The position numbers were made by a program, and so were the translations under genes. Shown in pieces: positions 19,763 to 28,795 of a stretch of 64,000 nt of DNA (the first letter of the stretch is position 1; every line of letters starts with the position of its first letter). The notes beneath the pieces are model-generated. The model saw only the letters and a program-made list of their open reading frames with translations, did no database searches and had not been told where the DNA came from. This DNA comes from Bacilli bacterium (GTDB lineage Bacteria; Bacillota_I; Bacilli_A; RF39; UBA660): contig JAGAYJ010000032.1 of NCBI GenBank assembly GCA_017940575.1, forward strand, positions 11,158 through 75,157. Reading direction: 5' to 3'.

Positions 19763-22039
19763 TTATTCTGTTCTAAGCGCTATTACAGGATCTTTTTTAG
19801 AAGCTATTTTAGCTGGTATAAATCCTCCAATTAAAGTTAAAGTCATACTTATTATAATAAGTATTATAGCATGAATTGGATTAAGGTTTGCAACACCTTC
19901 TAGTTTAGATAACTCATATATTATATTATTTATTGGAACTATTAAGATATTTGCAATTATAATACCTAAAATACCACTAAATAAACCAATTATTAAAGTC
20001 TCTGCATTAAATACACGCGTTATATCTTTTTTACGTGCTCCTATTGCTCTTAAGATACCTATTTCTTTAGTACGTTCTAGTACTGATGTATATGTAATTA
20101 TTCCAACCATTATACTTGATACTATTAATGATATTGATGAAAAAGCAATAAGTACTATAGTAATAGCATCCATTATACCACCAGATAATGATGTAATCAT
20201 TTTAGCTTGATCCATATAAATAATCTTATCAGCGTCTTTCTTATCTTTATTATATTTATCTAAGTATTTAAGAATTTCATCTTTACTATCAAAGTCTTTT
20301 GGATAAATAGAAATTGCTGCAGGAACTTTATATGCACCAAGCATTGTAAGCATCATATTCTTTTCAGTATTTATATTTTCTTTATCAAAAGGAACCTTAG
20401 TTAATATATTAAAATCACTATTTATTTGTTCTTTAACAATACTTGATTCATTATTTTTATCTATTATAGTACTTATTAAAGATTGATTATATAAAATACC
20501 AGTTCCAGATAAGGTCGCAAAATCATTATCTTTCTTACCTCTAATAATTCCTTTAATCTTAAGTGTTATATTAGATTCATTATTATATAACTCTTCTAAG
20601 TTTGTATTAGGTATATAGTTTGCTCCTATTTTAGAATAAAGTGTATCATTTAAAACAACTTTAAATTCTTTATCCATTATATCTTCAAAACTAATATTAG
20701 TATTATCATAACCTAGAGTTTTTAAAATCTCTTCATTTATTCTATTTTTAGAGTCAACTAGTATATATAAAGCATATGGATCATTTGTGAATGTGCCTTC
20801 TATAACATCAAAGTTATCACGCATTATACTTGATATATCATTATCCATTGAACTTGGAATAGATGACATAATAGAATTAGTATCAATCTCTTTTACTTTA
20901 TCATTAACCTTAGTATACATATTTATTTTACTAATCATTGTATACTGTATACCACCAACTAAATTTTTATCAATAGACTCTATATAATTTAAATAGTTAC
21001 TATCTATATTATTCTTATGTTCAGATGTTACATTTATCTTTAAAGGATGTATTACTTTATCACTTGAATATTCAGTGTATTCATCATGAGTATTAGTAAC
21101 ATTTGTAAGATCAATAGTTGACTCACTTATTAAAATAGGTGCTTGTGATAACGTATCTTTTTCAAACTCATCAATTTTAATTTTAAATCCATTAGATAAA
21201 GCTAGTATTAAAGCAATACCAATTATACCTATAGATGAGGCAAATGATGTAATAAATGTTCTTCCAAACTTAGTTTTTAAATTGTTAAAAGAAAGACTAA
21301 TTGCACTCATATAACTCATCTTAGTTTTCTTAATAGTTAATTTATCATTTTTATCTATCTCTTCATATGGGTTAGTATCATTTACTACTTCTCCATCTTT
21401 AAACTCAATTATTCTATTAGAATAAGTATTAGCAAGTTCTGGATTATGTGTAACCATTATAACTAATTTATCTTTAGATATTTCTTTAATCAAATCCATA
21501 ATTTGTTTACTTGTTTTAGAGTCAAGTGCACCAGTTGGTTCATCTGCAAGTATTATATCAGGATTATTTACTAAAGCACGCGCTATTGCAACCCTCTGCA
21601 TCTGACCACCTGATAATTGATTTGGTCTTTTATGAGCATGTTCTTTTAAGCCTACTTTAGTTAATGCATCAAGAGCTAATTTTTTTCTTTTAGATCTTTT
21701 ATAACCACTTAATGTCGTAGACATAATAACATTATCTATTACACTTATATGAGATATTAAATTATAACTTTGAAATATAAATCCTACACAGTTATTTCTA
21801 TAAAAGTCCCAATTAATATCTTTAAACTTCTTAGTACTTTTATTATTAATAATTAAATCACCACTATCATATCTATCCAAACCACCTATAATATTTAATA
21901 AAGTTGTTTTACCAGAACCACTTGGTCCTAATATAGATACAAACTCATTTTTTCTAAATTTAATGTTAATACCTTTTAATGCATGTTGTACAAAATCACC
22001 AGTTTTATAACTTTTTTTGATATTTTTTAATTCTAGCAT
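19763..22039 (-). CDS. ABC transporter, fused ATP-binding and FtsX/MacB-type permease protein
   Basis: 758 aa. Walker A GPSGSGKTT, signature LSGGQMQRV and Walker B ILADEPTGALD, then a large extracytoplasmic loop and a C-terminal FtsX-like 3-TM bundle. Confidence 0.85.
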   Translation of the reverse strand: MLELKNIKKSYKTGDFVQHALKGINIKFRKNEFVSILGPSGSGKTTLLNIIGGLDRYDSGDLIINNKSTKKFKDINWDFYRNNCVGFIFQSYNLISHISVIDNVIMSTTLSGYKRSKRKKLALDALTKVGLKEHAHKRPNQLSGGQMQRVAIARALVNNPDIILADEPTGALDSKTSKQIMDLIKEISKDKLVIMVTHNPELANTYSNRIIEFKDGEVVNDTNPYEEIDKNDKLTIKKTKMSYMSAISLSFNNLKTKFGRTFITSFASSIGIIGIALILALSNGFKIKIDEFEKDTLSQAPILISESTIDLTNVTNTHDEYTEYSSDKVIHPLKINVTSEHKNNIDSNYLNYIESIDKNLVGGIQYTMISKINMYTKVNDKVKEIDTNSIMSSIPSSMDNDISSIMRDNFDVIEGTFTNDPYALYILVDSKNRINEEILKTLGYDNTNISFEDIMDKEFKVVLNDTLYSKIGANYIPNTNLEELYNNESNITLKIKGIIRGKKDNDFATLSGTGILYNQSLISTIIDKNNESSIVKEQINSDFNILTKVPFDKENINTEKNMMLTMLGAYKVPAAISIYPKDFDSKDEILKYLDKYNKDKKDADKIIYMDQAKMITSLSGGIMDAITIVLIAFSSISLIVSSIMVGIITYTSVLERTKEIGILRAIGARKKDITRVFNAETLIIGLFSGILGIIIANILIVPINNIIYELSKLEGVANLNPIHAIILIIISMTLTLIGGFIPAKIASKKDPVIALRTE

Positions 22040-22126
22040 TTTATCTCCTCCTACTAATATTATACGAGAAAAATTTCTAATTTCCTTCTTAAATTATATA
22101 TTTTTTTTATATTTTTGTAAATTTAT

Positions 22127-22147
22127 AAAAAAAGGAACTATTGTTCC
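22127..22147 (-). terminator. Rho-independent terminator overlapping the stop codon of the MATE fusion gene
   Basis: GGAAC-aata-GTTCC followed by 7 T on the minus strand. Confidence 0.6.
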
Positions 22148-24105
22148 TTTAAAATAATATCTTTAATCAATTCTGCAGTTTTTAAAGTTCCAAGTTTATC
22201 TGTGTTGATTGCTATATCATAATTATTAAAATTCATCCAATTTTGATTTGTATAATATTTATAATGTTTAGCTCTTTGTTTATTTATTTTATTTATTTCT
22301 TTTAAAGCTGTATCTTTCTTTAAACCATAATATTTAACAGCTCTCTTAACTTTATCAGAGTCATTACTATATAAGAAAACTTTAAATACATTTTTTTTAC
22401 CTCTTAAAATATAATCAGCACATCTACCAATAATAATGCATGATTCCTTAGATAAATTTTTTATAACTTTTTCCTCAGCTATAAATATTGCATCATCATT
22501 ACTATAGAAATATTTTGTGTTTTTTGTTTGTTCATTATCTTTTATATATTCACTATCTAACCCTGATTCTAATGATGCAAGCGCTATTAAATCTCTATCA
22601 TAATATTGAATTCCTAATTCCTCAGCAAGTAGTTTACCAACGTATCTTCCACCACTACCATATTCACGTGAAATGGTAATAACTATATTATTCTTTAAAA
22701 CAGGTTTCTTATATTGAATATCATCAACTGCTATTTCTCCTAAAACACTATTTGATAATTTTTTATATTCAGACATAAATATATAAATAGCTAAAACAAA
22801 ACATAATATATCAGCTATAGGTTCTGCAATTAAGGCTCCATCGATACCCATTACATGACATAATATAATTGAAAGTGGAATAAATAATATTATTTGTCTT
22901 GTAAATGATAGTATTGTTGACTTCTTTACATTACCAAGTGATTGAACTGATATACTTGTTGACATTTCAAGTGAGTTAATACCTACTAACATAAAGAATA
23001 TACGAGAAAACTTAACAGCAAATTCAATAAATAAATCATATGTTGGATCATTTTTCTTAATGAAAATACTTGCTAATTCACTAGGAAATAATAATATTAT
23101 TATATTATATATAATACCAACTATAAATCCTGTTAAAACAACTTTTCTTAAAGTTTCCTTTACTCTATCATAATTATGTGCTCCATAATTAAAACCAATT
23201 ATAGGTTGTGCTCCAATTGCTATACCTAAAATTAGTGAAATATAAATACTATTTATCTTAGATAAAACTCCGTAAACTGAAAGTGGTATATCAGCACCAT
23301 ATTTACTAGAACTTCCATATTTAGTCATTAAGTTATTCATAACAACAAATACAGCTAAAACAGTCATTTGTGTTATAAAACTTGAAACACCAAGACTAAG
23401 TACCTTTGTAGTTTCACTATTAATTTTAATATCTTTTTTAGTTAATTTAATAGATTTCATTTTAGCAATATATAGAATTGCTATTATAAATGACACTGCT
23501 TGACCTAATATAGTTGCAAGTGCTCCTCCTTTAACTCCCATATTAAGTCCAAATATAAAGACTGGATCTAATATTAAGTTAATAATAGCTCCAACCACTA
23601 AACATACCATTGAATAATTTGGAGAACCATCTGCTCTAATCAAAGATGATAAACCAGAATAAATAATCATAAAAGGAATACCTAGTAATATTATTCTTCC
23701 ATATTCGATTGCATAACTATATACATTATCTGTACATCCAAATAATCTAACTAATATAGGAAGAAAAGCTTCTCCTAAAATAAGTAATATAATTGAAGAT
23801 GTAAATAGTAAAAATAAGCTTGTTCCGATACCTTTAGCTGCAGATTTACTATCACCTTCGCCAAGTCTTAAACTAAGATTAGCTGCTGCTCCATTTCCAA
23901 TTAAGCTTGCAGATGCACTGCAAAGCATTACAAGTGGAAAAATTACATTAGTTGCAGCATTACCAAGTGTCCCAACACCTTGTCCAATAAATATTTGATC
24001 AACTATATTATAAACTGAATTAATTAACATACTTATAATACATGGTATTGAAAATGATAATAATAATTTATTAATACTATCTTTTCCTAAATCTATTTTT
24101 TTCAT
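22138..24105 (-). CDS. MATE-family efflux transporter fused to a C-terminal cytidylate-kinase-like (P-loop) domain
   Basis: The first ~450 aa are a 12-TM MATE protein (NSVYNIVDQIFIG...). The last ~190 aa read ITISREYGSGGRYVGKLLAEELGIQYYDRDLI, the cytidylate kinase-like family signature. It is one uninterrupted ORF. Confidence 0.8.
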   Translation of the reverse strand: MKKIDLGKDSINKLLLSFSIPCIISMLINSVYNIVDQIFIGQGVGTLGNAATNVIFPLVMLCSASASLIGNGAAANLSLRLGEGDSKSAAKGIGTSLFLLFTSSIILLILGEAFLPILVRLFGCTDNVYSYAIEYGRIILLGIPFMIIYSGLSSLIRADGSPNYSMVCLVVGAIINLILDPVFIFGLNMGVKGGALATILGQAVSFIIAILYIAKMKSIKLTKKDIKINSETTKVLSLGVSSFITQMTVLAVFVVMNNLMTKYGSSSKYGADIPLSVYGVLSKINSIYISLILGIAIGAQPIIGFNYGAHNYDRVKETLRKVVLTGFIVGIIYNIIILLFPSELASIFIKKNDPTYDLFIEFAVKFSRIFFMLVGINSLEMSTSISVQSLGNVKKSTILSFTRQIILFIPLSIILCHVMGIDGALIAEPIADILCFVLAIYIFMSEYKKLSNSVLGEIAVDDIQYKKPVLKNNIVITISREYGSGGRYVGKLLAEELGIQYYDRDLIALASLESGLDSEYIKDNEQTKNTKYFYSNDDAIFIAEEKVIKNLSKESCIIIGRCADYILRGKKNVFKVFLYSNDSDKVKRAVKYYGLKKDTALKEINKINKQRAKHYKYYTNQNWMNFNNYDIAINTDKLGTLKTAELIKDIILKEQ

Positions 24106-24116
24106 AACTACCTCCT

Positions 24117-24146
24117 AAAAAAAAACAAGTTGCTTTACGCAGCCTG
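24117..24146 (-). terminator. Rho-independent terminator after rnc
   Basis: 8-bp stem (7 pairs plus one mismatch) followed by 9 U on the minus-strand RNA. Confidence 0.55.
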
Positions 24147-24181
24147 TTAATTATATCATATTTTTTACATTAATGTAAACA

Positions 24182-24841
24182 CTATTTTACACTTTTTTCC
24201 AAAGCACTTTTAGCAGCCATTTGTTCTGCTTCCTTTTTTGTATGAGCAATTCCCTCTCCATATATCACATCATCAATTTTAACAATTGCTTTAAATGTTT
24301 TATTATGCGCAGGACCTACTTCATCTACAATTACATATTCTAAGCTTCTTTTATCTGTTTGAACTAATTCTTGAAGTTCAGACTTATAATCATCAAAATA
24401 ATCTAGTTTATGTTCTTTCATAAACTCTATAGTTGTTTTATATATAATTTCTTTTGCTTTTAGGTATCCTTGATCTAAATAAACAGCTCCTATAAATGAT
24501 TCAAAAATATCTGCAACAATTGCTTTTCTATCTCTACCACCACTTAACTCTTCACCGTGACCTAAGTTTAAATATTTATTTAAACCTAATTTCATAGAGT
24601 ATTCATAGTTTGCATTCTCACATACATAGTGAGCTCTTATTTTTGTCATTTTACCTTCAGGATATCCTGTATTATTGTATAAAAAATCACTAACAACAAG
24701 TTCTAAGACAGCATCTCCCAAGTACTCTAATCTCTCATATGAAACTTTACCATGTTCATTCGCAAAAGATGTATGCGTAAATGCAGTCTTATATAATTCC
24801 ATATTAGTTGTTTTTATATTTAAATCATCAAGTATTTCCAT
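24182..24841 (-). CDS. rnc: Ribonuclease III
   Basis: 219 aa. ERLEYLGDAVLE signature and a C-terminal dsRBD (GPAHNKTF...GEGIAHTKKEAEQMAA). Confidence 0.93.
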   Translation of the reverse strand: MEILDDLNIKTTNMELYKTAFTHTSFANEHGKVSYERLEYLGDAVLELVVSDFLYNNTGYPEGKMTKIRAHYVCENANYEYSMKLGLNKYLNLGHGEELSGGRDRKAIVADIFESFIGAVYLDQGYLKAKEIIYKTTIEFMKEHKLDYFDDYKSELQELVQTDKRSLEYVIVDEVGPAHNKTFKAIVKIDDVIYGEGIAHTKKEAEQMAAKSALEKSVK

Positions 24842-24891
24842 AAAATCACCAAGTTAATTATAACTCAATTTACTTAAAAAAGAAATATCAA

Positions 24892-24920
24892 TTTACAAAA
24901 GAGTCATTATCTAGTATAAT
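24892..24920 (+). promoter_or_regulatory. Sigma-A type promoter for the yidD / ZnuA-like gene pair
   Basis: TTTACA-17 nt-TATAAT, 15 nt upstream of the yidD ATG. Confidence 0.55.
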
Positions 24921-24934
24921 TAATATGATGATTT

Positions 24935-25153
24935 ATGAAATATATATTAATAAAAATAATAAGAATGTATCAAAATATTCCAGGAGATTTCCATAATCAT
25001 TGTAGGTTCTATCCAACATGCTCTAATTATGCAATTGAAGCAATTAATGAATATGGAAGTTTTAAAGGAACATTTATGGCAATTAAAAGAATAATAAGGT
25101 GTAGACCTTTTGGAAAAAAGGGTTATGATCCTGTGAAAGGAAGATTGAAGTGA
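24935..25153 (+). CDS. yidD: Membrane protein insertion efficiency factor YidD
   Basis: 72 aa. [19 protein letters not shown]...RIIRCRPF. Confidence 0.85.
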   Translation: MKYILIKIIRMYQNIPGDFHNHCRFYPTCSNYAIEAINEYGSFKGTFMAIKRIIRCRPFGKKGYDPVKGRLK

Positions 25154-26013
25154 AAAAAATAAAAATAATATTAATTATAGGACTTACTTTTTTGATGACT
25201 GGATGTTTTAAACAAGATGATTTTGAAAATGTAAAAATTTATTCCACAATATACCCTATTGAATATATTACAAATTATTTATATGGTGAATATAGCAGCA
25301 TTTCTAGTATTTATCCAAATGGTGTTAATGTAAGTACTTATGAGTTAACTAATAAGCAAATAAAAGATTATAGTAATATGCATTTATATGTGTTTAATGG
25401 AAATAATGATAAAGAATCTAATTATGTAACATCAATATTTAAATATAATAAAAACCTAAAAATAATAGATGCTACTAATACTATGGAATATAACTATAAT
25501 GAATTAGAACTTTGGTTAGATCCATCAAATTTCTTAATGATGGCCCTTAATATTAAAAATGGTATTTTAGAGTATACTACTAATCATTATTTAAATGAAA
25601 AAATTGAAGAAAACTATAATAATTTAAAAATTGAAATATCAAAAATAGACGCTAATTTAAAATTAATGTATGAAAATGCTACATATAAAACTATAGTAGT
25701 AGATAATAGTGCTTTAAAGTTTTTAGAAAAATATGGATTTAATGTTATAGTACTTGATGATAAAGAGTTAACTGATAAAACTATTTTAGAAGTTAAAAAC
25801 CTAATCAATAGTAAGCAAGTTAATTATATATTTACATTTGATGAAAATAATTTAAATAATATAGTTAAGAATATTAAAGAAGAAACTGGAATTAGTATTA
25901 AAGAACTATATACAATTGATAACTTAACAGATGAAATGAGAAAAAATAAAGAATCATATATTACTCTATTAAATGAAAATATTGATATGTTAAAAGATGA
26001 ATTATATAATTAA
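25150..26013 (+). CDS. Metal (Zn/Mn) ABC-type substrate-binding lipoprotein, ZnuA/TroA-like, orphan
   Basis: Lipobox LMTGC, GTG start overlapping the yidD stop (GTGA), and LWLDPSN, which resembles the HxWLDP motif. No cognate permease or ATPase is adjacent. Confidence 0.55.
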   Translation: MKKIKIILIIGLTFLMTGCFKQDDFENVKIYSTIYPIEYITNYLYGEYSSISSIYPNGVNVSTYELTNKQIKDYSNMHLYVFNGNNDKESNYVTSIFKYNKNLKIIDATNTMEYNYNELELWLDPSNFLMMALNIKNGILEYTTNHYLNEKIEENYNNLKIEISKIDANLKLMYENATYKTIVVDNSALKFLEKYGFNVIVLDDKELTDKTILEVKNLINSKQVNYIFTFDENNLNNIVKNIKEETGISIKELYTIDNLTDEMRKNKESYITLLNENIDMLKDELYN

Positions 26014-26070
26014 TTCATTTTTTTGTGACATAAAAAATATATATTCATAATATACTATAGGTGGTTTTTT

Positions 26071-26847
26071 ATGTATAGTTTTTTTATTGAGTTAAATCCT
26101 ATTATACAAGCATTACTTGCAACTCTATTTACATTTAGTGTAACAGTTCTTGGATCAGCTTTAGTTTTTATATTTAAAAAGACAAATAAAAATATTATGG
26201 ATGCTATGTTAGGATTTGCTGGAGGCATTATGATTGCTGCTTCTTTTTGGTCACTTTTAAACCCTGGAATAGAAATGGCTAAAACTTTAAATATGACTGT
26301 TTGGTTAATTATATTTTTAGGCTTCGCATCAGGTGGATTATTACTTTTTATTGGTGATAAAATATTTGATCACTACATGGATAAAGAATCGGGTATAAAA
26401 AGAATATCAATGCTAATATCTTCAATTACTCTTCATAATATTCCTGAAGGTTTAGTTGTAGGTGTAGCATTTGGATCATTAATCTATAATGAGACTACTA
26501 TTACTTCTGCCCTACTTTTAGCTCTTGGAATTGGTATTCAAAATTTTCCTGAAGGAACAGCTGTAAGTGTTCCTTTAAGACGTGAAGGAATGTCTAGGTT
26601 TAAAGCTTTTATATATGGTTCAATGAGCGGAATAGTAGAACCTATTAGTGGTGTAATTGGAGCTTTACTTGTTTTAAAAATTAAAACACTTCTACCCTTT
26701 TTACTTTCATTTGCTGCAGGTGCTATGATATATGTTGTAGTTGAAGAGATAATTCCTGAAAGTCAAACAAACGAAAGAAAAGATTTAATGGCAATGTTTA
26801 CAATTATAGGTTTTTCTATAATGATGATTTTAGACATTGCTTTATAA
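26071..26847 (+). CDS. ZIP-family divalent metal (zinc) transporter
   Basis: 258 aa, 8 TM. HNIPEGLVVG and QNFPEGTAVS, the twin ZIP/GufA motifs. Confidence 0.85.
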   Translation: MYSFFIELNPIIQALLATLFTFSVTVLGSALVFIFKKTNKNIMDAMLGFAGGIMIAASFWSLLNPGIEMAKTLNMTVWLIIFLGFASGGLLLFIGDKIFDHYMDKESGIKRISMLISSITLHNIPEGLVVGVAFGSLIYNETTITSALLLALGIGIQNFPEGTAVSVPLRREGMSRFKAFIYGSMSGIVEPISGVIGALLVLKIKTLLPFLLSFAAGAMIYVVVEEIIPESQTNERKDLMAMFTIIGFSIMMILDIAL

Positions 26848-26871
26848 ACAAACTAAATAGTTTGTTTTTTT
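26846..26871 (+). terminator. Rho-independent terminator of the ZIP gene
   Basis: AAACAAACT-aaat-AGTTTGTTT followed by TTTT. Confidence 0.7.
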
Positions 26872-26875
26872 AAGT

Positions 26876-26901
26876 ACAAAAAAACCGTTATAATAACGGT
26901 T
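26876..26901 (-). terminator. Rho-independent terminator of tRNA-Ser
   Basis: AACCGTTA-tta-TAACGGTT followed by 7 T on the minus strand. Confidence 0.7.
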
Positions 26902-26911
26902 AATTTCTTAA

Positions 26912-27002
26912 TGGCGGAGTAGGCGAGATTTGAACTCGCGCGCCAGTTGCCCGACCTACACCCTTAGCAGGGGCGCCTCTTCAGCCTCTTGAGTACTACT
27001 CC
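26912..27002 (-). tRNA. tRNA-Ser (anticodon GCU), 91 nt with encoded CCA
   Basis: Folded by hand: acceptor GGAGTAG/CTACTCC, anticodon loop CUGCUAA, long variable arm, T-arm CGAGTTCAAATCTCG, discriminator G plus CCA. Confidence 0.9.
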
Positions 27003-27016
27003 AGACTACGAATATA

Positions 27017-27045
27017 ATTTTACATTATATCGCTTTTTATGTCAA
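27017..27045 (-). promoter_or_regulatory. Sigma-A promoter of tRNA-Ser
   Basis: TTGACA-17 nt-TAAAAT, with the -10 element ending 14 nt upstream of the mature 5' end. Confidence 0.65.
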
Positions 27046-27052
27046 GTCTATT

Positions 27053-27535
27053 TTATTCAAAAGATTCATCATAATTCTCACTTTTATAGTTTTCACCACA
27101 TCTTAAATATGGACTATAAGTATTATTTCCATCGTAAACTATATAACCAATGCATTTATTTTCTTTATCTTTTGGATCATATAAATCTTCCATATATTCA
27201 TCACTTACTAATTTAGATGTTTTAATAATTATTCTATCAGTTTTTCCTGTATAGTTAGTTGTTACATAAACTTTAGCAGTACTAACCATTTTTTCAAGTA
27301 AAATATCATATCCTGTTATTTTTTTATTATCTTCTTTACTCTCTTCTTTATTTTTATCCTCTATTATTTCTACATTTTCTAACTTTTTAACTTCACTTAC
27401 ATGTTTTATATCATCTACTTCACTATTAATATTCATAAAATTTCTATCAATAACAATAACACATATAACAAGTATAATCAAGAAAAAAGAAATAAAGAAT
27501 AGTAAATCTTGAAGTGTGAATCCTTTATTATTCAT
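27053..27535 (-). CDS. Prepilin-type N-terminal domain protein (divergent pseudopilin-like)
   Basis: MNNKGFTLQDLLFFISFFLIILV. The G|FTLQD signal has Asp instead of Glu at +5. The start overlaps the NrtR-like gene by 8 nt. Confidence 0.6.
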   Translation of the reverse strand: MNNKGFTLQDLLFFISFFLIILVICVIVIDRNFMNINSEVDDIKHVSEVKKLENVEIIEDKNKEESKEDNKKITGYDILLEKMVSTAKVYVTTNYTGKTDRIIIKTSKLVSDEYMEDLYDPKDKENKCIGYIVYDGNNTYSPYLRCGENYKSENYDESFE

Positions 27536-28190
27536 ATGTTATTACCTCACTATCTTTAAATCTATATAGTTTTGCTGGTCTACCCATTTTATTATTTGTT
27601 TTATAATTAGTATCTTCTAATATATTTAAATTAAGTATCATTTTTCTAAAGTTTCTTCTATCTAGTTTTTTACCTAATATTTGTTCATATACAACTTGTA
27701 GTTCAGGTAAAGTAAAATCACTTGGAAAGAATATTTTTAACATAATAGGATTAGTTAAATATCTCTTTAAATGATTAATAGCATCCTTTAATATATCAGC
27801 ATGATCAAATATCATTTTTGGTATTTCATCTACATTAAACCAAACACCTTCATAAGGAGTTTTTTTCTTATGCATTAAAAGTGATTCCTCATCAATAATA
27901 CCTATTACTGAGTTACCAAGTATTCTATCATTAGGTAGTCTATCAACTTTACTAAATATATTACATTGTTCTATATGGATATCTTTAAGTCCAACATATT
28001 CTTCTATAGTAGCAAGTGCACATTCTTCAATAGTTTCACTAGTCATAAGTAAATTACTAGGAAGCATCCAATAACCTTTAAATGGTTCTTCCAATCTTCT
28101 TATTAAATATACTTTTAAACTATTCTTATCTATTGTAAATACGTTTGTTAAAACTTCTATTTGATTTATATATCTTCTATCTATATCCAT
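27528..28190 (-). CDS. NrtR-like regulator (degenerate Nudix domain plus C-terminal winged helix)
   Basis: The Nudix fold has a degenerate box (SETIEECALATIEEYVGL). The C-terminus reads FTLPELQVVYEQILGKKLDRRNFRKMILNLNILEDT...GRPAKLYRF, typical of NrtR. The start was trimmed to MDIDRRY because the ORF-track start is the promoter -35 element TTGACA. Confidence 0.75.
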   Translation of the reverse strand: MDIDRRYINQIEVLTNVFTIDKNSLKVYLIRRLEEPFKGYWMLPSNLLMTSETIEECALATIEEYVGLKDIHIEQCNIFSKVDRLPNDRILGNSVIGIIDEESLLMHKKKTPYEGVWFNVDEIPKMIFDHADILKDAINHLKRYLTNPIMLKIFFPSDFTLPELQVVYEQILGKKLDRRNFRKMILNLNILEDTNYKTNNKMGRPAKLYRFKDSEVITYE

Positions 28191-28206
28191 ATATATCACC
28201 ATAATA

Positions 28207-28235
28207 ATTATATATAAATATACATATTTTGTCAA
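28207..28235 (-). promoter_or_regulatory. Consensus sigma-A promoter of the NrtR-like/pilin-like pair
   Basis: TTGACA-17 nt-TATAAT (perfect hexamers). Confidence 0.65.
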
Positions 28236-28242
28236 AGAATAT

Positions 28243-28271
28243 AAAGAAAAAACATATATTAGATATATGTT
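28243..28271. terminator. Hairpin terminator (bidirectional appearance)
   Basis: AACATATAT-tag-ATATATGTT, a 9-bp stem with T-rich tracts on both strands. Confidence 0.45.
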
Positions 28272-28482
28272 TAATATTTTTTTAATATCTATTAATTTTA
28301 ATAATTCATATATTTTTCATAGTTCTATTTATAAAATTCGCTAAGTCAATTTTTAGAAATCAAAAACATTTTCTATTCATTTTTCAAAATTAGTCATTTG
28401 TAATAATTCTTAAAATATATTAGTATTTACTTTGACACATTTTATTATTGTTGTGCTTCTTTCTTAGAAAGGAGTGATAAGT

Positions 28483-28560
28483 ATGAAGCGAAATAAAAAA
28501 TTCTTACATACTGAAGTAATCATTCTTCTATTAATAATTATTATTCTACTTGTTAGATAG
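28483..28560 (+). CDS. Unannotated 25-aa hydrophobic peptide (type I toxin-like): MKRNKKFLHTEVIILLLIIIILLVR
   Basis: ATG preceded by AAAGGAG at 8-nt spacing. The peptide has a basic N-terminus, a 15-residue I/L/V core and a terminal Arg. It lies in a 630-bp otherwise non-coding gap, and a convergent sRNA candidate abuts its stop codon. Confidence 0.4.
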   Translation: MKRNKKFLHTEVIILLLIIIILLVR

Positions 28561-28561
28561 T

Positions 28562-28649
28562 AAAAATAATAAAAGAACACAACATATTACACTGTAATAG
28601 TTGTGTTCAATACACAAGTATCTGAGCACACATAATAAGGTGTGTCTCT
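28562..28649 (-). ncRNA. Candidate ~88-nt small RNA convergent with the 25-aa ORF (putative type I antitoxin)
   Basis: It has its own TTGACT-16-TATAAT promoter. The 5' hairpin is GAGACACAC/GTGTGCTC. The 3' terminator is a 9+7-bp stem at 28575-28608 followed by TTTTATTATTTTT. Confidence 0.4.
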
Positions 28650-28655
28650 AATTAA

Positions 28656-28683
28656 ATTATACTCTAAATTATTATTTAGTCAA
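28656..28683 (-). promoter_or_regulatory. Near-consensus sigma-A promoter of the candidate sRNA
   Basis: TTGACT (28678-28683), 16-nt spacer, TATAAT (28656-28661). Confidence 0.55.
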
Positions 28684-28746
28684 ACAGATTTTTATACATT
28701 TTTTAATTTTCTACCCTGTGCCTACACTACCGTTCGGCACCAATAT

Positions 28747-28770
28747 CCCCCTCATCATTAGATGAGGGGG
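28747..28770. other. Perfect GC-rich hairpin CCCCCTCATC-ATTA-GATGAGGGGG
   Basis: 10-bp perfect stem with a 4-nt loop and no U-tract on either strand. It sits about 100 nt downstream of the pilin-like stop, inside the GC-rich block. Confidence 0.85.
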
Positions 28771-28795
28771 ATAGGGATTCAAGATTAGAAGATAT

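Noticed and set aside
22134-22147. GGAACAATAGTTCC as a perfect GAAC-N4-GTTC LexA box upstream of the ABC transporter.
   Set aside because: It is followed by 7 T and encloses the stop codon of the upstream gene, so it behaves as a standard intrinsic terminator. It is not embedded in a promoter as the other boxes are, and it lacks the flanking C...G. Dual use cannot be excluded.
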